DNA of 64,000 nucleotides, from positions 3,596,001 to 3,660,000 of the forward strand of contig NC_135252.1 in the NCBI RefSeq assembly GCF_964204865.1, given 5' to 3'. The stretch comes from Styela clava. Its lineage: Eukaryota. This document shows positions 35,991-47,500 of this stretch, piece after piece (positions within the stretch are counted from its first letter, which is position 1; each line of letters starts with the position of its first letter). The position numbers were made by a program, and so were the translations under genes. The notes below the pieces were generated by a model, which searched no databases, was not told where the DNA came from, and saw only the letters and a list, made by a program, of their open reading frames with translations.

Positions 35991-38900
35991 ATGGCAGACG
36001 ATCCGGAGCAACGAAGATTGCAAGGTACAATTTATTGTTACTTAACACCTTTGATTTCCAATAAATCCTGCACTGAAAATATGCTGCATATTATCTTCAC
36101 CTTGGAGGCATGTATGCATATCTCGCTTAGCCTTGATGTATAACGCTGCCTGTTGACTATATAATAATATTATGTGCATAAAATAAAAATTAACATGGTA
36201 ATTTCAATTGCCATTGGAAGAGAATGGTCTTTTCTGCAGGATCCATATGGATGGTAAATTAGGATGGAATCCACATATTAGTAGGAAACACTGCCCGATA
36301 TAAAGTCTGTAATTTTATTCATTTTAATACTGTGCCTAAAACCAGGCCATGTTGAAAATTCGTCAAGAGAATAATCTGTTTGAATGAGTATATATATGCA
36401 CAACAATATTGTACTCTTCAAAAAAATTCTTCATTTCCACAGCCCTACTTCGTTTTGCCACTGAAGCTGGAAGTCATGGCAGTGAACCGGTATCTGGAGC
36501 AGACAACGATCCAGCAGATAGAGCGTGGTTAAATGAAGCTCTTCAAGATTATGCTTCAGGTATATTTGACCCGGTAAGTATCAAGACTGAATTTACTAAC
36601 CTACTATTGAGAAGAACATATTGAGGTGATTTCTGCATTATAGGGTAGAATAATATTACCAAATTGCAAATGGTTGTATTCCTTTTCAAATTCATTCATA
36701 AAAACACTGATTCACTTATTTAAAATGTGATGTCAAGGTCAAATACATGAAGCAGCAACTGTCCATCGTGTACAGATATTTGCAAAGTGGAGAGAATGCA
36801 GATTCATCAAATAAGCACAGTGACATAAAGTTAGAAGATGTACACCACTCATTAGAAGAGATATCAGATAACTGTGATCGATATGATTTAGCTTCAGACC
36901 TTCATAAAATTGGCGGATTTGACGTTTTGCTCCAGTGCCTTAAATACAAAGAATCAGGTATATGGTAGGTGGAAATTTGTATCAAGTGTTCATATTGGAC
37001 AATCATACTAATTCAAGATGTCACAATCGTTTCATCCTATTGATATACTGCAGAAGTTCTCGCTTGTCATTGGAATTTCTATGCTAGAAGCTTGTAAGCA
37101 AGAATCTTCATTTGAGAAAATATTCTACAATGCTTATTCACATCTTTCGCTTTAAACAAGGCCAATCCTCGGACCACTTTGCCATTTGGTTGAATCCTTG
37201 ATAGTGTGGACTGAAGGTCCCCTATCAGTGGGTACATGCAACTCTTCTTTCAGTACTCTTTTCTTTTCACATCTGGTTGGGGACTAGCTTTGTATTGAAA
37301 AATCATAATTAGAAAATGAAACTATGAATTTATTAAAGCGTTTCTACCTGGATATAAATGTCATGAATTGTAGGCTAAAATATTATAGTTTTTCTTGTTT
37401 CCTTTGCTGTCCCATCTAAGTAATACATTATATACAGCTGGAGGGCATGTGATGTCATTGCAACTGCTGCTCAGAATCATGAATATTGCCAGAATGCTCT
37501 TGTGGAAATGAAATTTCTCCCAGTATTGTTACAACTGATTGATGACACATCAGCAGGTGAGCTAGCGGTCTTGGAGATGTCATACTCTATAAAATAATAT
37601 ACCTTTCAGGATTTATTCCATCCTACAGTCAGCAAGATTGAATTATTAGTTGTTCCCAAATCCAGTTTTATTGACTAAATCAGTGGCATGCCTTGTAATA
37701 GAGCAAAGTAAATCGAAAATCAAGGTAAAGCTTAATGTTATATCGACTTCAGAGTACCAGTTTTTCATGTGTTGGAGATTGTGTTAACCTATAGGCAATG
37801 ATACCCACTGTCTAAACTTTGATCTGTTCAAACCAGAAGTTTAAAATGTATAATTATATGTTTTCATGTTCATAAATTATATTGCAAATTTTCAGCTATG
37901 AGTAAAAAACTTCACAATCTCGCTTTCTAGATAACAAAGTGAGGGAAAAGGCTTTCTATGCTTTGTCATGTACATTACGTGGCAATGATGATGCTGTGGA
38001 TCATCTCGAAAACAATGATGGATTTTCAGTATTAGTTCGAGCAATGCAAAGTGAAGTTCCAAAACTCAAAATGAAATGTGTGTTCTTTGTTAAGTCATTA
38101 TGTGAAGATGACACCAAGTATGCCAGGTATATTTTCTTTAATTGTATCATCTGCTACTTAGGTTTGAGAAAAATAGCTGATTACATACTGGAATATCTGG
38201 ATATACATTTATATTATCCATTTATTTATATTATTAAGTGTTTTTGAAAATTTAGTCAAAGATCTAATTCATTCATTTGTATATGGTCCACACTCTTATT
38301 TTGTTTTTTGCTATTTCCTTATCATAATATATTTCTGTATCATTTTCTATTCCAAAATTCCACTAATGTTGATTTTTTCATTTCAGGATTTTTCATGAGC
38401 GAGGAATAGAACAGCAAATCGTGGGAATGTTGAGGGATCATAACATTGAGAAAGATGATCCGGAAAATTTAAATATCGTTGAAAATGTCCTTGGATGTCT
38501 TTGTTCATTAATACTAACTTTCGAAAAATCAAAGAAAGAATGCCAAGATACAAGGCAAGCTTTAATACATTTTTGATATTATAGTCTTTTAAGTTTAGGA
38601 CCTAGGAGTTACCAGAAGTAGTGTGGATGACTCAATCAATTAATAGTTGCTTCGGAATTATGTAATGGAGATGGAGAAAATTCAACACTCGCTATGTCGC
38701 CTTTATTTAGGATAGTATTGAACTAGGAAAATGGTCACACATACTATACACATGGGTCAATAGAAAAGTAGCATGAAAATAATCAATTTACAACCAGCTG
38801 GTGATCTTGATCAATATTGTTTCTAAATTTCGGAGAACACCAGTCACTAACTAATTTTTTTTCACAGCTTTGGTCTGGCTCCACTTTTACGTCAAATGAA

Positions 38901-39006
38901 GGAAAAGTTTAAATCTGGTACTGGAGAGTTTGACGAATGCATACGATTCTGTGATTTAATATCAGAAGCTTGTTTTAATGATGATGATACAGGCGAAGAC
39001 CGTTGA
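35991..39006 (+). CDS. HSPBP1: Hsp70-binding protein 1 (Fes1-type nucleotide exchange factor), ~337 aa
   Basis: Exons 35991-36024, 36443-36573, 36738-36964, 37438-37556, 37931-38126, 38387-38554, 38868-39006 (last intron GC-AG). LQALL..A, WLNEAL, DLHKIGG, WRA..IA..AQN, VREKAFYALS, DGFSVLVRAMQ and C-terminal ..CF....DR. Confidence 0.9.
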
Positions 39007-39759
39007 AGTTGCATTAAATGGTGTAACACCAGAGGAATAAAGTAATAACAGCAGCAAGGGGAAATTGATGACAACAGTTTCTCAAGACGGAGAACCGTTC
39101 CCATGTCTAGATTACTGCGAAATTTCTATATCAATAAATGAGTAAATGGACAATTTTGCTTTCTTTTCAGTTCATGCTAAAGTAGCATTTGAGGAACCGT
39201 GATAAATTGAGGCTTAAAGGTCTGTTCGGATTTTTAGTCAAAATGCACATTGCTATATCTGCTTCTTGTTCTTTGGCATAGGAAGCTATGGTAATGAATT
39301 CCAAGATAGAAGTCAGTTCAGTGGAGAGTTCATGATACTCTTAAAGCCGTAGCCAGTGCTTTGTTCGTGTGATATACCGGTACCGGTATATAATTGCGAG
39401 GGATGATTTAGAGTTGAAAATTCATAAGAGTAACTAATCATTTATTGGTGGTGGAAAGAATTGCCAACCGTGCTTTATTGCTTGCCGTTTATAAAAATTA
39501 TAAACTAAGCAATCATGTGTCGCAGTCGTTTGTTACAAACACATTTAATGATCCGGGAGAACGACTCCCGAAGTCCATCAAGATCAGTTGAGATGTTGAC
39601 AGTGGCGAGACATGAGGGCGCGTGCCCGCTGTGCTAAAAGATGATATGCAATCTATTTCGGCATTCTGAAAACTTAATATTTAATGAAACGAACAAATCA
39701 TATAACAGAAATATCTGAACTCGAGAATTCATGAAATTTTTATCGGGCATACAGGTACA

Positions 39760-40095
39760 GGCGCGGCGGTGTGGCTCAACGGGCTAAGCGTTAGGAATAC
39801 GCTCGCCACCGCACCTCTAATTACTCTGCGTGGGTTCGCAGGTTCGAATCCCATGCAGGGATGGTTATGTGCGAGAGGATTGCTGGACTCCTCGCCGTCG
39901 TTGGGTGGTTCACGTAACTGCTGGTCGGTTACGGCTTCCTCCACCACCAAGTCCATGCTCCCGAAAACAAACAATATAACTAACCCCATACCCGACTTGG
40001 AATGGTAACCGGACGAGAGGCCGTGGTTCGCCATATGGATAAGCCGTCTTATCGCCTTTCCTCTCCCCCGGGATAAATATGTAAATCCTAATCCT
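39760..40095 (+). mobile_element. tRNA-derived SINE, full length
   Basis: A box TGGCTCAACGGG, B box GGTTCGAATCCC, short ATCCT(A) tail, 7-bp TSD AGGTACA (39753-39759, 40096-40102); at least 4 copies in the window. Confidence 0.92.
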
Positions 40096-40490
40096 AGGTA
40101 CACCTTCAAAAATGCCAGTCTTTTCCTAAACGAAACGAGAAGAAACCACAAAAACAGCAAAGCGTGTGCGGGACCATGTCACATCGTTTAGGATTTGTGT
40201 ATATATACCTCAGGAACACGCTCGCCACCGCACTTCAGATTACCTACCCTGCGTGATAGTTTCGCAGGTTCGAATTCCCTAGGGCAGGGGTGTGCAACCT
40301 TTGTCACAGGCGGGCCAGATACGAGTATCTGGGTGAAGCCAAAGTGAATATATTTAAAGTCACTTAGGGTGAAGCCGCGGGCCGCACCTAGAAACTCTAC
40401 CCACGAAAGGCGCTGGATACGAAAAATCCAACCAACGAAAATTCTTCTCATAAAAAAATCGCTTTGGCTAACGTCAGATTTCTACATACT

Positions 40491-40885
40491 TTAGGGATAA
40501 ATTCGTTATTTCAGGTAAAATACATTAAAACGACTGGAAATTGCTAATTTCGAATTTCTCCAAATTCACGAATTTGATCGATATAGGGCCCGTTGTAATT
40601 AGACAAACAGATGACAACCAAAAATATAATTGGATCGATGACATATGGTAATTAGTATTCCAAACCCGAATCGATAACCCTAATGGAATCGATATCACCA
40701 TACGCACATACGTATAAATAAGGTTTCAATTGGATATTTGGGAGAGATGTATTAAAAAAGGTCTCGTATTTGGGAGTCAAGTCGTATCAGTGTCGTTTCG
40801 TCATGTCTTCATCGTTTGTTCTCCGTGTATATCTACAACATTAATCTACTTCAACAACGTTCAACGTGTTTTTATTGGCTAAAAT
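40491..40885 (+). repeat. 395-bp direct repeat, copy 1
   Basis: Near-identical (a handful of substitutions) to 42678-43072. Confidence 0.95.
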
Positions 40886-42270
40886 GTCGATCCCGAACAA
40901 AGGATAGCAAGCTTTCTGATGTGGAGTCGAAATCGCTAAAGGTGACCCAACAAAACAACAACAGCACATATCGAAGAAGTAAAATACCGACAACAACACA
41001 AGCGATGGCACTGCTGAGATGAATATTGAAGCATTACAGAACACAATGGTACGGAATCGGAAAAGAATCAGACGATGGATAAAGACCAAGTCCACACAAT
41101 GAACGATATGAACTTCTGTTTGAATTCAAAAATACAAGGTGAAAAATCGTATCAGGCTAAATTAAACTGATGATATAATACAACTATATATAATAATTAT
41201 AATTAATTCGGATCTTAATTTCTATGAATTGCTTGAAAACAGACTTTGAGTGTTTACTCAAATTGCAACTAATCTCATGGCCAATTGATTATACAAGCAA
41301 GGTGAATATTCAATTTCAAAATTCTTGTGATTTATAATAATTAAAAAATGACGGATGTAAACTATTTCAATTAGATAGATTTCATCAACACTGAACTATT
41401 TTTAAAAGATGATTCAAACGAGTCACTCTTTTTAGCGTTTATAACATCGTCATAAGAACGGTGCATAAATGAGCTCATCAATATATTCGTCAAAACGAGT
41501 ATATGAAAAGCGCTATATTTTTTTTTTTTTTTTTCAAAGCCCGAAGCTGGCATTATCAACTTATCGCAACAAGCGAACTTACAAAGCGCTATTTTTTCAA
41601 AAACATGAGCAATCGTATTTCAGTGTGACGAAGTATATTGGATTGAAAGATCAGTTTTATCTGTCGAAATCAAATTTAAAAAACAATAAATCGCCTTTTC
41701 TTTTCTAATCTACACTCTCACTCTCGTCCTACTTCCCTCTTATTCTCAAATCTTCTCGTCTCATATTTTTGAATTTCAGTATGTATATTTTTCAATTGTG
41801 TTTTTTTTTCGTTTTTTCAATGTTTTATAGTGAATTTTTTAGAACGTATAGGCACCATAATTATGTCTCAAAACCCGGAATTCCATTCCAAAAGAAGGGA
41901 GTATTTTATAGGGAAAGATTAGTAATTTGGACGAACATTTTTAAATACATAGAAAAAGGCTGATTATTAGTATTGAAGAAATTCTCCGAATTCATAAATT
42001 AGATCGATAAAAACCCATTTTAAATTTAAATTAGGCAACATATGGCAACGAAAAAATAACTGGATCAATAACGTCCAGGTGGTAATTAGTATTCAAAACC
42101 TCAATCAATAAGGCTAATGGAATCGATAGCATCATTCTAATCCTCGGAATATAGATTTATAGATCAAATCCTAATACTATTCTTTACAATTCTGATTAGG
42201 TTAAAATCCTGGGAGAGACATGATTATTGTTGGTTTGCTGTATATAAGGGTCGCTATCGCTGTAGTATTA

Positions 42271-42330
42271 TCCAGTCTTGTAGGATCCAATCTTGTAAGA
42301 TGTAGTCTTGTAGTATCCAGTCTTGTAAAT
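42271..42330. repeat. 15-bp tandem repeat x4 (T(C/G)(C/T)A(G/A)TCTTGTA...)
   Basis: tccagtcttgtagga/tccaatcttgtaaga/tgtagtcttgtagta/tccagtcttgtaaat. Confidence 0.8.
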
Positions 42331-42677
42331 ACAACCTTGACGTGTATACTGTTCAATAAACTAAAGAAGAATTGTCGCAATTGTCGTTTGTCTGCTATCA
42401 TCTATTGTCTGCTGGGGGCGAGCGCCTACATAACCGAACATCGAGGTGAAGAATAATTCGTGCAAGTTGAAAGACAAGAGCCAGTGCTCCGATTAAAGAG
42501 CTACGAAAGATCTCGTTATATTTAGGAATTCTCAAATCTTCTCGTCCCATATTTTTGAATTTCAGTATGTATATTTTTCAATTGTGTTTTTCGTCATTTT
42601 CAATGTTTTTTAAATTTACGTATAAACGTTAGGTGACAAATATGCTCAAAACTCCGATCCAAACGGCGTAGATATAT

Positions 42678-43072
42678 TTAGGGATAAATTCGTTATTTCA
42701 GGTAAAATACATTAAAACGACTGAATATTGCTAATTTCGAATTTCTCCAAATTCACGAATTTGATCGATATAGGGCCCGTTGTAATTAGACAAACAGATG
42801 ACAACCAAAAATATAATTGGATCGATGACATATGGTAATTAGTATTCTAAACCCGAATCGATAACCCTAATGGAATCGATATCACCATACGCACATACGT
42901 ATAAATAAGGTTTCAATTGGATATTTGGGAGGGATGTATTAAAAAAGGTCTTGTATTTGGGAGTCAAGTCGTATCAGTGTCGTTTCGTCATGTCTTCATT
43001 GTTTGTTTTCCGTGTATATCTACAGCATTAATCTACTTCAACAACGTTCAACGTGTTTTTATTGGCTAAAAT
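42678..43072 (+). repeat. 395-bp direct repeat, copy 2
   Basis: Near-identical to 40491-40885. Confidence 0.95.
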
Positions 43073-44587
43073 ACGAAAGGTCGAAAACTTAAAAAACGCG
43101 TGTAGTGGTATTGGTTCATTTTAGGTTAATTCAATGCAGTGCTTGAAGAAGGGATGTCCAATCTGAATTTAATATTCGAATATCGCGACCTTCGAATATC
43201 GTTTTTTGTGTTTATAGGAATACCGAATATGGCGCACATATCCTAGCGCCACCGTCCACGTTTCGATTTACAACATTTTACAATTATTTTATTTTTTATC
43301 GTAATCGAAGGCAGCCGTGTGCGGCGCGGCAATAAATTGACTGGCATCTCATTGGCCAGTTTGTTTCCCGCGGGTACGTGCAGTGTGTTGCTAGCGAAAT
43401 TCAGTGAGAAGACGAGGATACGACGAAACAATGAAAAAAAAATGAATTTCATATGTGTGTGCTCATTTTCGTACATTACGTTCTCTCTTAGTAGTCAACT
43501 TTTGCCGCAAACTCCGACCGCCGTCCCACTCTCCGCGGTCTTCGTTTTTAGCCCAAAGTGATTATAAGTCACTTTGGTTTAGCCTAGCCTAGTCGGCCAA
43601 CGCCAAAGGTAAACAAACATGCCGCTCGTAGTTTTTATTCGGTATTTCTCTATTCCCTCCATTTATACCTTTTCTATTTATTATGCAGTAATTTAATTAC
43701 GGTTTTAACCATTATCATAATTTATAAAAATGTAATGTCCGAGTTTTGTGGGGGCATAAAACGGACTAGGGAATTTACAGGTAAAAAATGTGTCGCTACT
43801 TACAGAATTTTCTACGTACGAAGAGGGCTCCGAAACTAAATAATTGTGTAGGTTGAGTTTCTACTGTATTTGCAAGCACAAATTTTTAAATTGGCATTTC
43901 TCCGCGGGCCGCACAACTTGTTTTTGCGGGCAGCAGTTTGCACACCCCTGCCCTAGGGGATAATTCTGTGCGAGATGATCGCTGGACTCCTCGCCGCCGC
44001 AGGGTGGTTTACGTAACCACTGGTCGGTTACCGACACGGCTTATGTCATTATGTCCATTCATCTGAACAATTAAATGACTGACCAACTAATATAATATCC
44101 GACATTAACTCGTAACCGGACGAAAGGGCTTGGTTCGCCATATGGTCGTCGTCTTATCTTCTCTTCAACAGGATAAATATTTGAATCCTACCCATATGTT
44201 TTAGTGCCATCGCTCTCCAGTTGTTAACGGCATTTTTTAGTTTTATTCCTGTCAACGAAATGATAAACCTTCCTAACAATGACCGCCACCCAAGATATTC
44301 ATTGTGCCGTTTAACTTCGTTCTAATTGGCGATTATGCTACTTTATAAACTTTCTTTTTTATCCAACCAGTCTTGTATCATCTTAGAACAGTCCTGAATA
44401 CCCTTCTTAAAGCATCAATTCAGATCATACAGATTACATTTCTGATTATAATTAGGATTTAAATGCAGAAAATATTAAGCATTAAGTAAACACTTTACTT
44501 CAATGAATGCCATGCAACAGAAAGAAAGAATCAACATATATCATGATCATGTAACAGTGATTTTCTAATGAAAAAAAGTTAAAATAT

Positions 44588-47500
44588 TCAAGATTCCTCG
44601 CTGGAATACTCGGTGGAATGCCATTCAGCTGTTTGCTCATGAACAACGATATCCGGTTCCCCACCTTCCCCTTCTGCCATAGGTTCGGTCACTGTAAATC
44701 AATAGGTTGAAATGGTATTACACATGACTCCATGAGGCTGCAAGACCCACAATAAGGATTCCGACACGAAAATATGACAATGTGGGATTAAAAAGAGAGA
44801 ATAAACCCTTAATGTGTCGCTAACATTTACTGAATGTACAGAAGGATTAGTATTTACTTGCGGGTCATTCAGTTAGACCATTATTTTGAAACTTTTGAAA
44901 GGGTATTTTTCTTTTGCTAACCGTGATGCACTCCACGAGCATATTATCGCAAGTACCAGTAATTCTTAACTTGGGAATGATTAAATACAACTAGAAACAA
45001 TTCTAACGTTTACACACTGGAGTATTAAAACACAATTATCTTAAACAAAACTGCAACATGATTATAATTACCAAATTGTTTTCAACTCAAACAGTAAACC
45101 TTTACCTTGAGATATTACAGTTGATGCAGGAACCATGACAGGCACAGTTTGCATTTGTGTGAAAGCTGTGAGCATTTGAGGCAATTGAGCAGCATCCATA
45201 TGGAATTGCACTGAAATAATAAACATCCTTGTCAAACTTTTTTCAATTTAAAAAATATCAAACTGGATAGCATTCCCAGAGTCTGAAAATTGAAAAGGAT
45301 TTGCTAACAGCAAGGTCGCCAGACTCAGCACTCACCCAGAAGTAAAGGAGATCTATTTCTGAGCAAAGTTATGGTTAAATATTGAAATATAGAGAGTTGC
45401 TGAAACTATATAAAATTATGGTAGTGCAGTGTTCACCAGTGAATTCGGATTGTTGAGAGACTCGAATCAGATCAAGTCAATAAAATCATGTGGTTCCATT
45501 ACATTTGAACCCACGTACATTTGAACCCATGACAATTGCACCTGTATGCTATTGCACCTATGGAATTTTTTTTTGTTTAACGGATAGTTAAACCCATACT
45601 AACCCTAACCCATGGGTTTTAGCACCCGCATATAGATTGAACCCATGGATATACACATGGGTTCAAATGTACGGTCACCAAATCATGTAAACATCACTGT
45701 ATAGTGCAATATAGCCCTTAATAATCCCAAATTTTCATACTACCAATTAATTACTTTATAATAAACACTCCGCAACAGGAAATGCAGCCACAAACAACAA
45801 TACAAAACAACAACGTCGCATTAGTCGGTACACATCTTTCACAGGCCAAGTCTCACGCCCATTCAAATTTCAAAAAAGGTTCACCAAAACGCTGTATTAT
45901 GTTAAAAATATTGAAACGAAATTCCCTGTTATGAAAAAAACGACTAAAAGGAAACTACAAAAAAATTCTCTTCTGGTGACAGCATGTCCCAAAAGAGCTG
46001 ATGTTAAAATTGCTTTGTTAATTAATGACACTTTTATTTTGAGATGAGTTTTGAAAGGCTAAAGTCTATTGATGACAACACTTTACCTGGCTGAAATGTA
46101 TGCATTCCTGGCAAGGACGATACCGGAGTAGTTGTTGTCTGAAAGGTTGACTCAGAATTGACTGGATCTGATATAATAGGACCAACCTTACGTCTGAAGG
46201 TAGACATAGGTGGGACTGATGCAGATCTTGACATTTGTGTCGTGTTGCTCAACCCTTCTGTAATAAGTTTGAACATGAAAAGGGAATAGAGGTTAAGCAT
46301 TGCAAAAAAATATTCAATCTAATCAAAATTTGATGACTTTCACCATTGCGTTTTAAGACGGTACCAAGAAAAACGTCTTCCTTCTTCAAAAACGTGCCTC
46401 CAATACATGCCAGAATATAAAAATGTCTCTTTTGAGTCAAATGGATAGAGTGTATGGAACCGTTTTATGCCGAGTAAAAGGCCACCAAATCTAATAACAT
46501 ATATGATAAATATGAAAAAAAAAACGGAACACTGGTTAAATCACTGACACTGACAAAATACACACTGTTTTACAATGAGCATAATAAAACCAGAACTTCA
46601 ACATATTTCAAGTGTGCTTTGTATCATTATATGTTATTATTCCCATCATACCTGTTATTGCGACTGAACTGATATTTGTTGTTTCACCAACCATCTAAAA
46701 AAATTGGATTTCATATGAATGCTTGGCAATGCCTTGTATTACACAGAGTTAAAAAAAACGAATCACATCATCATCTGTTAAAAAGTTATGAATCTCATCC
46801 CCAAAGTGCTGTTTGTTGCTTACAGGAAAATTTTCGCAACACTTATTCCATCAAATTTTCAATTTTTTGCTTCTTGGGGAGACATTTAACAATGAATGCG
46901 TATAAACTGTGATAACTTGGACAGCTATTTTTAAATTCATCGCATTAAACATGTCACATTTTGACCAGGCTAAATTATGATATATTATATGAAGAATGCT
47001 TATCATCTCTCTCTTGAAACTTCAAACTGGGCGCGATAGTCTAACGGTATAAGTGATAGACTTAAGTAAAATGGCAACACAGGTGTGAAACACCACAACA
47101 ATAATAAATTGGGTATGTAATTATGAACTGAAAAGACTCCGGTTCTTCCAAACTATGCTGATTACCTTCCTCTTGTGCAGAGTTTTGTTCAGAGTAAAAG
47201 GGCATAAAATATGTCATATTGAAAAAATAAAAGTAGTTATTGGCCAACCTGTTGAGGCAACACACATGTGACCATCATTCCTGAAGGAATATGGCTGACT
47301 CCTCCTATAGTTACTTGTTCACCTATGACTGGGATAGCAGAGTTTGTACTGACATTCAGAGGAACAACAAAAGTGGGTTGACCCTGCATTGCTGGTTGAT
47401 ATGTTGGCAAAACTGTGCCGTGACTGATTTTCGTCAAAGTGGATGCCGGGGGTAACGCCTTTTCTGTATAGTTTGATCCTTCTATTATAGTAGTATATTG

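Larger units (their letters stand above)
40285..43950. mobile_element. Non-autonomous hAT element (3.67 kb including nested cassette)
   Basis: TIR CAGGGGTGTGCAA; perfect 8-bp TSD CCCTAGGG (40277-40284, 43951-43958); same TIR family as 54878-56060. Confidence 0.92.
40211..44190 (+). mobile_element. Older SINE copy split by a hAT insertion (halves 40211-40284 and 43951-44190)
   Basis: The 5' half ends GGTTCGAATTCCCTAGGG; the 3' half resumes CCCTAGGGGATAATT..GCTGGACTCCTCGCCG..GGATAAATA..AATCCTA. Confidence 0.85.

Noticed and set aside
37150-37240. Intronic snoRNA in HSPBP1 (also checked 39547-39670)
   Set aside because: Box H/ACA or C/D motifs and terminal stems are not convincingly arranged; an Infernal/Rfam scan would be needed.
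39760-39860. tRNA gene (A and B boxes, GGTTCGAATCCC)
   Set aside because: No proper cloverleaf; it is the head of a multi-copy SINE with a tail and TSD.
39729-40160. 143-aa ORF and similar ORFs at 4262-4447 and 32116-32392
   Set aside because: Translations of SINE copies.
40491-43072. LTR retrotransposon
   Set aside because: The repeats lack TG..CA ends, no PBS/PPT is evident, no 4-6-bp TSD abuts them, and there is no gag/pol relic. Kept as an unclassified cassette.
47165-47200. Extra ZBTB exon (EQNSAQEEG)
   Set aside because: No AG acceptor at the needed position; a similar string at ~59091-59125 suggests a repeat fragment; the flanking exons join in frame without it.
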